Positions 1-8,308 of a stretch of 64,000 nt of DNA are shown here, piece after piece; the stretch's first letter is position 1, and each line of letters opens with the position of its first letter. A program made the translations under genes and the position numbers. The DNA comes from a virus. Taxonomy: Duplodnaviria > Caudoviricetes. Under the pieces are notes generated by a model. The model saw only the letters and a list, made by a program, of their open reading frames with translations. It was not told the origin of the DNA and searched no databases. Where the stretch lies: IMG/VR virus record IMGVR_UViG_3300011008_000032, positions 20,728 to 84,727 of that record; one strand, 5' to 3'.

Positions 1-1550
1 AACCTAAAATAGATTTCTTTTGCATCTAAATATGTACCAATAGCTCCCGACTCTTTCATTTCAAGGCGGAATAACTTTTCGATTAGGTGCCTCTCTTCAT
101 CGGTTAGATTGCGGGGATTATGTCTCATTGACCACTGGTTTATACCAATTATCGTTCCCCAATAATGCCAGCCCATATTTTTTAGACCAGTCCAATAGAG
201 TTCTATGGTTTCTGCTGATAAGTCAGTTATATCTGTCCGCCCGAATATTTGTTTCATGTCCTTAATTGTTCTTGAAGAATAAAGAGCAACACTCTCTACT
301 CTACTAAGAAGTTCTTTATTTACTCCAAGGATTTTATACACACTCCCTTTACGCTCGTTTATCTTGTCGAGCATAAAAGTTTCCTTTAAGTTTGATATAA
401 CTTCATCCCCGTATCTCATATAATGCTTGGCCAATTCCTTATATCCCGACTTATATAACTTCTCTATAATCGGATGTCTAAGCACCGAAATGAGGTTTTT
501 AAGGAAGGCGAAAGAATTACGTTCAATATTATCAAACATTTCCATATTCCACTTGATAGGTTTCCATTCTAATAATTTTTCAAAGTTAATCCTTCGAAGA
601 TTATTATCATAGAAATAAACTATCGAACTCAGGTTTTTACCCACAACTCTATATCCATTAAGTGTGTTTTCCATAATGGATACTTTTCCTTTATTATCAA
701 TGAAAATCCTCGCAGCCTCCTTACTTGTTCCGGTAGACTCATACTTATGAGTATTATAATTATATATTTTTTCTGCTTCGAATAATCTGAACACCGCATA
801 TTTATCGTCAAGTATATTGAGCTCAATCGTATTCCCTATGTAATTCCTCACCGGGAGTTCATATGTCAAAAGTTTTGCGGTTAAATCACTTATAGGTCGT
901 TCTTTTTCTTTCTTAATAAACTTTGCTAATTCCCAGAAATTTGATATTGCTATTTCTGAATGTAGATATCCTATTGGTGCCGTATTGCATCCACAAAATT
1001 CCTGCAAAGTTTCTTCGAGATTGTTAGGTTTTTTTCTCCCGTATGATGCCATACCATTCAACTCTCTTATAAGTGTGCGGTTATAAAATCTTCCGTCGTC
1101 CTCTCTCCAAAGACGATTTCCATATTCATCATAAGGAAGCATAGTCTTTCTATCTATAAACAACCGGTTCCAACCATATGTATGATATCGTTCATATATC
1201 CATTCCCGTTTTTCTCCTTTTCGACCACGACTTCCGTCTAACATTTCCACTTTTGCAACCTCAAGTACGTCGTGCCCTATGTTCTTAACATATGCTCCTT
1301 TATATCCATAAGATGAAGGAGAACAATAGTCGTATCTTTCGTAACATCTTTCGTAACCATACGAATACCACTTTATTATTTCCGGCTTCTCATTTACGGT
1401 TACAACTCCGTTATACGGAACATAATATTTTTTGTAGCTACCTAATTCTTTATTATGTCCTTGCCAACTTATTGCAAATATAGGACAGAACTTTTGATCA
1501 GGCTCCGTATGATTCGCTGCATATCTCTTAATAAAGTTTTCTGTTTTCAT
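1..1550 (-). CDS. PcfJ-like phage protein (partial, 3' end runs off the window)
   Basis: Manually translated open frame from ATG at 1550 (RBS AAGGAG) to the window edge, >516 aa, MKTENFIKRYAANH...; the segment HPIIEKLYKSGYKELAKHY resembles PcfJ-family proteins; the diagnostic C-terminal domain is outside the window. Confidence 0.55.
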   Translation of the reverse strand, partial: MKTENFIKRYAANHTEPDQKFCPIFAISWQGHNKELGSYKKYYVPYNGVVTVNEKPEIIKWYSYGYERCYERYDYCSPSSYGYKGAYVKNIGHDVLEVAKVEMLDGSRGRKGEKREWIYERYHTYGWNRLFIDRKTMLPYDEYGNRLWREDDGRFYNRTLIRELNGMASYGRKKPNNLEETLQEFCGCNTAPIGYLHSEIAISNFWELAKFIKKEKERPISDLTAKLLTYELPVRNYIGNTIELNILDDKYAVFRLFEAEKIYNYNTHKYESTGTSKEAARIFIDNKGKVSIMENTLNGYRVVGKNLSSIVYFYDNNLRRINFEKLLEWKPIKWNMEMFDNIERNSFAFLKNLISVLRHPIIEKLYKSGYKELAKHYMRYGDEVISNLKETFMLDKINERKGSVYKILGVNKELLSRVESVALYSSRTIKDMKQIFGRTDITDLSAETIELYWTGLKNMGWHYWGTIIGINQWSMRHNPRNLTDEERHLIEKLFRLEMKESGAIGTYLDAKEIYFR

Positions 1551-1612
1551 AATTATTATTCTCCTTCATCTTAGGGGGCAGCCGAATGACTGCCCGGCCT
1601 ACCGCGTTTTAA

Positions 1613-2116
1613 TTAATACAAGTAATCATCTTCATCGTCATCAAAGTCGTCGAGTTCCGTTTCCAGATTCTGCAACTCGATCGTTGCTTTTGCTATAAGC
1701 AACTGTTTGACAACGTCATCCGCCATCGGTATTCCTTCCATATCATCGAGGTTTGCAATTTCCGTTGTGCCGAGATAGATTCTCTTTGTACCATATGAAA
1801 TCAGCATTTCATTTCCAAGTACATCGACCGCCTCGCTGGGTTTAATCTCGTTTGCCGCTATGGTTATGGCATTGCGGATATAGTCCGCTGCCTTGTAGAC
1901 ATCTCCGTTAGTAGCCAACACAGCTTCACGAATTAACTTAATACCAGCCTGCTTATCGCTTTCGCTTACATACCCGAACATCAATATGGGTTCCGGCTTA
2001 TTGTTAATGATTGGTATAAGACCGCCGTTTCCGTTCTGCTGAAAGTCGATTGCGAACTGTCCTTCGGTCTTAAGGTTTTCGTTTGTGTTGATAATAGCGT
2101 CGTTTTCGTATGACAT
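1613..2116 (-). CDS. hypothetical protein with acidic C-terminal tail
   Basis: ORF track 1613..2266; the likely start is ATG at 2116 (MSYENDA...) behind AAAGGAG. Confidence 0.7.
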   Translation of the reverse strand: MSYENDAIINTNENLKTEGQFAIDFQQNGNGGLIPIINNKPEPILMFGYVSESDKQAGIKLIREAVLATNGDVYKAADYIRNAITIAANEIKPSEAVDVLGNEMLISYGTKRIYLGTTEIANLDDMEGIPMADDVVKQLLIAKATIELQNLETELDDFDDDEDDYLY

Positions 2117-2130
2117 TTTAATTCTCCTTT

Positions 2131-2295
2131 CTAATCTTCCGTAATGAAAATTCTGCATCGGACTCCGTAGTAACGCTCGACAAATTCTACATTTGCGTAG
2201 AAATCCTCGTCGTTGAAGTCGTAGGCACGACTGATATGGATCTGTTCTCCGTTGTTGGTTATCCAAGAAAAGTGAAACTTTGTTGTGTTTGTCAT
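2131..2295 (-). CDS. small hypothetical early protein (54 aa)
   Basis: Manual translation MTNTTKFHFSW...IFITED; RBS AAAGGAG; tight packing with neighbours. Confidence 0.6.
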   Translation of the reverse strand: MTNTTKFHFSWITNNGEQIHISRAYDFNDEDFYANVEFVERYYGVRCRIFITED

Positions 2296-2886
2296 AACGT
2301 ATTCTCCTTTCCGTTATCCATGATGATTGCTACCATTGTGCCAATTAGTGCTACTGTAAAGACCGCCGCTCCTATCATTTCCCGTTCACCTCGCTTTCTT
2401 TGCCGTAATATAATAATAGTTTCCGCAACCGATTTTGATTACAGTAATACGGTCACGCTTATATCCCATTTGCGTTAGTATGTTAATTGCATTAGGCACG
2501 TCGCTTCCCTTTACATCTGTAAAAGTCGTGACATCGCACATAAATTTCTGCATTTGCGCTTACACCTCCAATACATAATCCGGCACTATATCAAGCATAG
2601 TCGCTGCAATGGAAAGCCAGATTTTCTTTCCGCTTTTAGTGCGGATAAGAACGCGGTTTTCCGTTATACAATCTCGTTTGCAATTATATTTTGCGAGTAT
2701 TGCGTCTAACTTTGATAGATCACATCTTAACATAGTTATTCTCCCTTGTCAAGAATTAATTTTCCCTTGTATCTACAAGGATTTCGGCAATATAGTCTAA
2801 ATAGTCGCTCTCGCTTGCAAACAAGCGGTACTCTCCATCTACATATCCCATGTAGCCGGTGGAAGTATGATAACCTTTGATTTCCA

Positions 2887-3141
2887 TTATGCCCATTCCT
2901 CCCGAATATTTCCATTGGGATCAAACATCCTTAAATCTTTTCCGCAATTTGTAGACAAGACTTCGTCTATTGTCATATTTTCTGTTTCTGAAATATAGTT
3001 AAGTGCCCATTCAAGCAGAGTACATATTGCCTGCTTTTGCTGCTGGGTTTTTCCCAGCGGATTTTCCGTTAATACAGAATTCATTTTTTCTGTTATATTG
3101 TTATTTATTCTGCGTAGTTTTTTAATGTCATACTTGTCCAT
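2887..3141 (-). CDS. small hypothetical early protein
   Basis: ORF track 84 aa; RBS AAGGAG. Confidence 0.65.
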   Translation of the reverse strand: MDKYDIKKLRRINNNITEKMNSVLTENPLGKTQQQKQAICTLLEWALNYISETENMTIDEVLSTNCGKDLRMFDPNGNIREEWA

Positions 3142-3154
3142 TTGTTTTCTCCTT

Positions 3155-3337
3155 TCATTTAAGGTACAGATGTTCAGTTCCGTTGAAATTTAGCACGTAA
3201 GTGTCTGCGTTTTCAGATACCATATAACAATTATGAATAGCAGCACTCTTGCCAAGGCAAATCCCTAAAATAAAAGCCATCGCAATTACTGCGGTGGCTA
3301 ATATGATCCTGACTTCGAGTTCGTTGTCTTTGTTCAT
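3155..3337 (-). CDS. small membrane protein
   Basis: 60 aa with one hydrophobic segment IILATAVIAMAFILGICLG; RBS AGGGGG. Confidence 0.6.
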   Translation of the reverse strand: MNKDNELEVRIILATAVIAMAFILGICLGKSAAIHNCYMVSENADTYVLNFNGTEHLYLK

Positions 3338-3500
3338 TACCCAATACCCCCTTTAATTTAGGCAAGTTTCCATTTGTTGTCGTAAGTGTCAAAGAACGCA
3401 TCATACCCACGTTTCCGCAATTCAGCCAGAGATGTTCTGATGTTATGCGGAGTTGGTCTGGCGTTCATTCCAAAAATAATCTCATCCAACGTAAATCCAC

Positions 3501-3698
3501 TCATAGTGTCACCTTCCCTTCAAATAGTTGCGTTGCAAAACTTGACGTAATACCCCATTCCATAATGATCCGGATAGCATAGATACAATCACGCCTACAT
3601 AATTTTCCATCGGCGTTAAGTTGACGCACTTTTGCTATGCGTTCCTTTTTGCTTTTGCGCGACCTAATAACCCACTCATATTTATGCATTGACTGCAC
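3501..3698 (-). CDS. small hypothetical early protein
   Basis: ORF track 65 aa, co-oriented and overlapping neighbours; start uncertain. Confidence 0.45.
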   Translation of the reverse strand: MQSMHKYEWVIRSRKSKKERIAKVRQLNADGKLCRRDCIYAIRIIMEWGITSSFATQLFEGKVTL

Positions 3699-3960
3699 CA
3701 GTAAGGATTAAGTTTGCGCATACTACCAGCATATCTGACATTTCATTAAAGGTACAAATACCCCTTTGATACTGTCTGTTGATAGCATTAGATACAGCCG
3801 TAATGTCATCGTTGTAATCTCTCATTAGTGTTAATACATTCAAAAGTGCCATAGTGTTAAACCACCTTTCATAATATAGATAGACTTATAGTGATAGTGC
3901 GTTCCTACCCACCTATTGCGTGGAAACAATGTCCACGTACTCAATGAATAAGCCCACAAG

Positions 3961-3990
3961 AAAAGGCACCACTACTTGAGTGATGCCCTT
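3961..3990 (-). terminator. intrinsic terminator after the 270-aa gene
   Basis: Minus-strand stem GGCAUCACU/AGUGGUGCC followed by UUUUCUU. Confidence 0.7.
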
Positions 3991-4016
3991 GTTCTAGGAT
4001 TATTCGGGGATTTAAT

Positions 4017-4829
4017 TTATTCGGCTATTACACCTACTACAAGTGTGCAAACCACTTTGTTAAATCTATCCCAGTTATAAGTTGTGTTACCTTCCTTGTC
4101 GGTCTTAGCGGATATGAGCGTCTTGGCTACTGTACCACTGTATGAGATACTACCGTCCTCATCCTTGCTAAATTTGTTAGTGTAACCCTGAACATATGCA
4201 TCCTGTATCATATAGATCCGGTTCTTATCGAACTTAATGCGTACTTCGTCGGTGTACTCGTTGGCTGTGGGAAGTGACAGTGATACCTTGAGTATCTTCT
4301 GAATTGAACCCTGTGCTATCTTATAGTTATCCTTGACCTTTTTGGTTAAGGACATAGCACCGTCATCGGTTATGGCGTTCGTGTAGTCATGGCATACCTC
4401 AAGTGCCTTATACAGCTCCTCATTGCCGTTGAGTGACTGGAGTGCTATCTTCTCAAGTTTGGAGTTACCGGCTGTGGCAATAAGGCGGAGTAATCGGATA
4501 ACATTTTCCTTGACGTTATCGCCTACTACCATACCCTTGACAACCTTATCATAGGACTTCTTGCACTCGGATACTTTAGCCTCATACCCCTTGATGTCCT
4601 CTTTGAGTGCCTTAATCTTATCTTCAAAACCCTTAATCTCATTATCTGTGTACTTGTAAAAGCCGTTCTTCATAGGCTTCTTGTTACTCTCGATCTTCTT
4701 CTCAAGACCGGAAATCTGTGCGTGTGCTAATTCAATGAGCATAATGAACTCACTGTATGATACAGCCGTTGCGAACTCTACTCTCTGTACGTCGTTGATG
4801 GTTGCTGCAAAAATGTTTGTTTTAAGCAT
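4017..4829 (-). CDS. hypothetical protein (270 aa, coiled-coil N-terminal half), first ORF of the leftward early transcript
   Basis: Long ORF with RBS GAAAGGTAGGA and codon usage typical of high expression; no family recognised. Confidence 0.8.
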   Translation of the reverse strand: MLKTNIFAATINDVQRVEFATAVSYSEFIMLIELAHAQISGLEKKIESNKKPMKNGFYKYTDNEIKGFEDKIKALKEDIKGYEAKVSECKKSYDKVVKGMVVGDNVKENVIRLLRLIATAGNSKLEKIALQSLNGNEELYKALEVCHDYTNAITDDGAMSLTKKVKDNYKIAQGSIQKILKVSLSLPTANEYTDEVRIKFDKNRIYMIQDAYVQGYTNKFSKDEDGSISYSGTVAKTLISAKTDKEGNTTYNWDRFNKVVCTLVVGVIAE

Positions 4830-4866
4830 GGTTAATTCCTACCTTTCATTATAATAGATTATTAGT

Positions 4867-4948
4867 GTCCTCACTCTGTATTGATACGGACTTGTGACCG
4901 GCACATAAGACTTATTTTTTGTGGTGCTTATGTGGTTACATTAAGAAC
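4867..4948 (-). ncRNA. twister self-cleaving ribozyme, type P1
   Basis: Minus-strand RNA GUUCU-UAA-UGUA-AC-CACAUAAG...CUUAUGUG-C-CGG-UCACAAGU-CCG-UAUCAA-UACA-GAGUG-AGGAC. P1 GUUCU/AGGAC, P2 UGUA/UACA, P3 8 bp, P4 CGG/CCG, pseudoknots T1 CAC/GUG and T2 AC/GU (covaried from the usual GC/GC), conserved U^AA cleavage site. Confidence 0.88.
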
Positions 4949-4949
4949 G

Positions 4950-5445
4950 TATAGTTTTTGGCACATTCTCACATGGTATATACTCACTTTACTGATCTGA
5001 TAAAATCATTACGCTTTACCATGCCTACCGACCCTTCCTACCTACGCCCATAGGTGTATTAACTCACTAAACGGCTACAACTTGTGGCGGAGTTTTTGTG
5101 TAGGTACACAAGGCATAATCCGCACCGTTGTGAGTATAGGCACAACGTATAGAAGTAATACAAGTCAGAACATCTGACAGCCTGAACGTCAGGCGGAAAA
5201 CCGCTATACGTTGCGAGTGCCTCTATATAGATCGACGTTACTCCGCATTTCAGCGACCTATCGGTGTGCCTACTTCCTTGAAGTCTTACCGCACTTACTA
5301 ATTGCACCGTACCGCCTATGAACTACAAACAATGCGGATTAATTGCAAGTCAAATCTTGGCTCTTTCAGTCACTCGGTAAACCTTATCCCTATTGACCGA
5401 CCGTCGATATTAAGTTTTCAAAGTACCCCGTCCCCCTTGGGACAA
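4950..5445 (-). ncRNA. candidate large structured non-coding RNA or leader upstream of the twister
   Basis: No credible ORF; less AT-rich than flanks; many helices: 5143-5152/5204-5213 (10 bp) enclosing three hairpins, 5117-5124/5333-5340, 4972-4978/5017-5023, 5096-5111. Confidence 0.45.
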
Positions 5446-5478
5446 TAACATTATCTCACAATCCTAGGTATTGTGCTA
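5413..5478 (-). promoter_or_regulatory. putative extended -10 promoter with operator-like palindrome and boxA-like element
   Basis: Minus strand TG-A-GATAAT (5458-5450); near-palindrome CACAATCCTAGGTATTGTG (5457-5475); GTACTTTGAAAACT (5426-5413) resembles the Firmicutes rRNA boxA. Confidence 0.4.
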
Positions 5479-5680
5479 AAAAACTATAATTTTTTTTCGC
5501 ATTTGCTGGATTTATGCGGGTTAAGGGGGTATTTTTAACGCTAAAAAATCCCCGAAAACGTGATATATGCGTACCAGTTTCACCCACACATCAACCCCAA
5601 AAACTACCGATAAAACTACTCATCATCCCATCTACCATCCCAATCGCCTTCCGCATCGTAAAACCACCCATAAAACCAGT

Positions 5681-5727
5681 TTATGCATAAATCATGCATA
5701 TTATGCAAATTTCGTGTATATTATGCA
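5681..5727. repeat. three phased TTATGCA heptamers
   Basis: TTATGCA at 5681, 5701 and 5721 (exact 20-bp period), plus CATGCA at 5693. Confidence 0.75.
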
Positions 5728-5760
5728 TTCAATCCGCAGAATCCCCGTAATACCGCGCAA

Positions 5761-5799
5761 AATTAAACCCTTGAATTATATCCAAAATAATGGTATGAT
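5761..5799 (+). promoter_or_regulatory. sigmaA-type promoter with conserved upstream AATTAAACCC
   Basis: TTGAAT-17 bp-TATGAT; the same AATTAAACCCTTGA motif precedes the promoter at 6675. Confidence 0.65.
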
Positions 5800-5827
5800 A
5801 TGGTTGAAGAATTGGAGTGGATAATAA

Positions 5828-5861
5828 TAAGTATTATTTGTTTATTAAGTATTATTTGTTT
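5828..5861. repeat. 16-bp direct repeat TAAGTATTATTTGTTT x2
   Basis: Copies at 5828-5843 and 5846-5861. Confidence 0.8.
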
Positions 5862-5920
5862 TAAGATCTGCCAAAAAGAAAGTGGATTTTCCATTTTGAC
5901 TTGACAAAAAGAAAGTAGAG

Positions 5921-6670
5921 GTGGTTGTTATAGGTGCAAAAAACATAGATATTATATGTCCAAATAAGCTGGTCACGTTTTTTGACTCAACTCCACTTTT
6001 GGTCTATTGTCTCTCTCAAAACGCTTATAAAATAGGCAGAAATTGTGTCAGATGGGAAACTATCGCATATTTAATGAAGTGCCCTGTACCGGTGCAGCAA
6101 AAAAAGAAAAAACAAATATTGGACGCATTAGATAATTTATGTGACCTGGGATTTATAAAGAAAGAAAATTATTGGGGATATATAATTGATGCCAATTCAT
6201 TCTATAATCAAACGGAAGGTTTTGAAAGATGTTCTTATGAAGCATTAATGACTCTCAGAGATAATGCCCCTCTCTTTCAACATTATATGTTAATCAAAAA
6301 AGGATTGATTAACGGTAGGTGTACTTATGATATTAATTATTTCACAAAGATGGAGAACGTGAGTGAGCGCACTATTGCCAGACGTAACCAAGAGTTGGTC
6401 AATTTGAAATTAATAGATATATATAGAACGGTCAAAGATGATAAATACGACCGCAATGTTTATGTGCTTCATAATGATAAATATGTTGCCGGCCAGAATT
6501 TTAGCAATATTGACCGCAGCATATCCCAGCGGTACAATTCTTTTGTAAAGAATCCGGATAAGTTTACCCCTATTATGCGCAAGACGCTGCGTAAGCAGGT
6601 GGAAGAATATAACGCCCGCAATCCGGATCGAGCAAAAGATCTGGTTGCCTTTGATACCGAGATAAATTAA
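5921..6670 (+). CDS. putative winged-HTH DNA-binding protein (regulator or replication-initiator-like)
   Basis: 249-aa ORF with two HTH-like segments (TIAYLMKC...ILDALDNLCDLGFIKK; FTKMENVSERTIARRNQELVNLKLI); start codon uncertain. Confidence 0.5.
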   Translation: MVVIGAKNIDIICPNKLVTFFDSTPLLVYCLSQNAYKIGRNCVRWETIAYLMKCPVPVQQKKKKQILDALDNLCDLGFIKKENYWGYIIDANSFYNQTEGFERCSYEALMTLRDNAPLFQHYMLIKKGLINGRCTYDINYFTKMENVSERTIARRNQELVNLKLIDIYRTVKDDKYDRNVYVLHNDKYVAGQNFSNIDRSISQRYNSFVKNPDKFTPIMRKTLRKQVEEYNARNPDRAKDLVAFDTEIN

Positions 6671-6703
6671 ACCCTTGATTTATTCGAAATTATATAGTAT
6701 AAT
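6665..6703 (+). promoter_or_regulatory. sigmaA-type promoter for the GT-RNA polymerase operon
   Basis: AATTAAACCC-TTGATT-17 bp-TATAAT. Confidence 0.75.
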
Positions 6704-6736
6704 TAAGCTGAGGGATAATAATAGAAAGGAGTCATT

Positions 6737-6898
6737 ATGTACGAAGAATTGAAACTACGCTACTCTTCTTTCGATTTTGCTTCCGCAATAGACGAGATAC
6801 TCGCATGGGAAGCGGAACTTACAGAAGAGAATCAGATAAAGAAAAATGTATTGCGCGGAGTTCTGGATATTATTCTTGACAACTGCGTATTTGAGTGA
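6737..6898 (+). CDS. small hypothetical protein (53 aa)
   Basis: Manual translation MYEELKLRYSS...ILDNCVFE; RBS AAAGGAG. Confidence 0.65.
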   Translation: MYEELKLRYSSFDFASAIDEILAWEAELTEENQIKKNVLRGVLDIILDNCVFE

Positions 6899-6908
6899 AG
6901 GAGCCCCT

Positions 6909-8297
6909 ATGTATCCTAAATTTAACTTATATTGTTATTACCCGCAATTTAATCATATGTATGCCCCGAAATATTTCGACTGGGTTACTGATGGGAGCGG
7001 GGTAATTAATTTTTGGGTAGACGATTATATAACAAAACAACCTACTGTCTGTAACGGGCGGGCTGATATGGCTATGCTTATAGAGCCACGTACTATACAG
7101 CCAACTATTTATGAATATGTAGAAAAGCACAGCAAAGACTTTTCTCTTATATTTACTCATGATGAGAGAATACTTAAGTTACCGAATGCGCGGCACATAT
7201 TCTTTATGAACTGGTATAAGACTTATGATGTACCTAAGACCAAGGCTATCTCAATGGTATGTTCTGATAAGGTAATGTGTAACGAACACAAGCAGAGGCA
7301 GAAGCTTGCGGATATGCTGGGAGATCGGGTAGATCACTACGGGATGTATAAGGGTGGTTATAAGTGTGATTATTATGAGTGTCGTGCCGAGTATATGTTT
7401 GAAGTTGTAGTGGATAATAACTGGAGTGGGTATTGGCTTTCAGAGAAGCTCGCTAATCCATTGGCTAGTAAGACTATCCCTATTTATTTAGGAGGCCAAT
7501 ACTTTCCGGATGATATAGATACCCGCGGAATACTCACTGTTGATTCTATAGATGAGATTCCGGATTTAGTTACTCATATACTCGGAGCACCTGAATACAT
7601 ATATAATAATCTTCTCTATTATGTCGAGAAAAATTATAACACGGTTATTAATAAATATCACGTATTTGAAGATTGGTTTTATCAGGAATATAAAGATGAA
7701 CTGAATAAGTATGCGAGTCTTAGTGTAATTAGTAATAACTGTATGGGAGGCTGTTTACTTCATGATCTTAAGATACCATACCAGTCTCCTACTGTAAGTC
7801 TTCAAATACTTCCGGAGGAGTATCCAAAGTTCTGTGAAAATATAAAGTATTATATGCAGCAGGAAGTGAAGGAATGCAAGGCCGAGGATCTTTCGGAGAA
7901 ACATAAACAATATCTTATGAATATGTTTGATAAGATACCCGAGATGCCTTATGGATTGTGCGGTGACATTTTGATTTGTTTTCAGCACTATCCTACTTTT
8001 GAAGACGGAAAGGTTATGTGGGATAAGCGGGCTAAGAGATTTGACCCTAATCATGTGGCATTTATATTTTATTCGAGAGATCAAAAATATAATAAATATG
8101 TGCAAGAATTTATTGATTGTAATTTTGATAAGGCCGTAGTATTTACCGAGAATTATAATATGGATTTACCAGTTGAGCATCATGAAATTATACCTCCTAC
8201 CGGTGGGCATTTTTTAGATCCACGTGGAGATGGTCATAGGCATTATGAATATTGGTTTAATCCGGCAGATTGGGTACGTCGAATTAGAAATATATGA
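6909..8297 (+). CDS. GT10 (alpha-1,3-fucosyltransferase-like) glycosyltransferase fused to a DUF1919-like domain
   Basis: YMFEVVVDNNWSGYWLSEKLANPLASKTIPIYLG matches the GT10 motif; VISNNCMGG...PYQSPTVSL matches DUF1919; start ATG 6909 after AAGGAG. Confidence 0.7.
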   Translation: MYPKFNLYCYYPQFNHMYAPKYFDWVTDGSGVINFWVDDYITKQPTVCNGRADMAMLIEPRTIQPTIYEYVEKHSKDFSLIFTHDERILKLPNARHIFFMNWYKTYDVPKTKAISMVCSDKVMCNEHKQRQKLADMLGDRVDHYGMYKGGYKCDYYECRAEYMFEVVVDNNWSGYWLSEKLANPLASKTIPIYLGGQYFPDDIDTRGILTVDSIDEIPDLVTHILGAPEYIYNNLLYYVEKNYNTVINKYHVFEDWFYQEYKDELNKYASLSVISNNCMGGCLLHDLKIPYQSPTVSLQILPEEYPKFCENIKYYMQQEVKECKAEDLSEKHKQYLMNMFDKIPEMPYGLCGDILICFQHYPTFEDGKVMWDKRAKRFDPNHVAFIFYSRDQKYNKYVQEFIDCNFDKAVVFTENYNMDLPVEHHEIIPPTGGHFLDPRGDGHRHYEYWFNPADWVRRIRNI

Positions 8298-8308
8298 GGT
8301 ATTAGATA

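Noticed and set aside
1335-1360. Tandem ATCTTTCGTAAC duplication
   Set aside because: In-frame 12-bp duplication within a coding region (YERC/YERY); no sign of a separate function.
3895-3960. Pistol-ribozyme-like hairpin CGUGG...CCACG followed by AAUAG on the minus strand
   Set aside because: The pseudoknot partner, P2/P3 and GU cleavage site could not be found; at most a leader hairpin.
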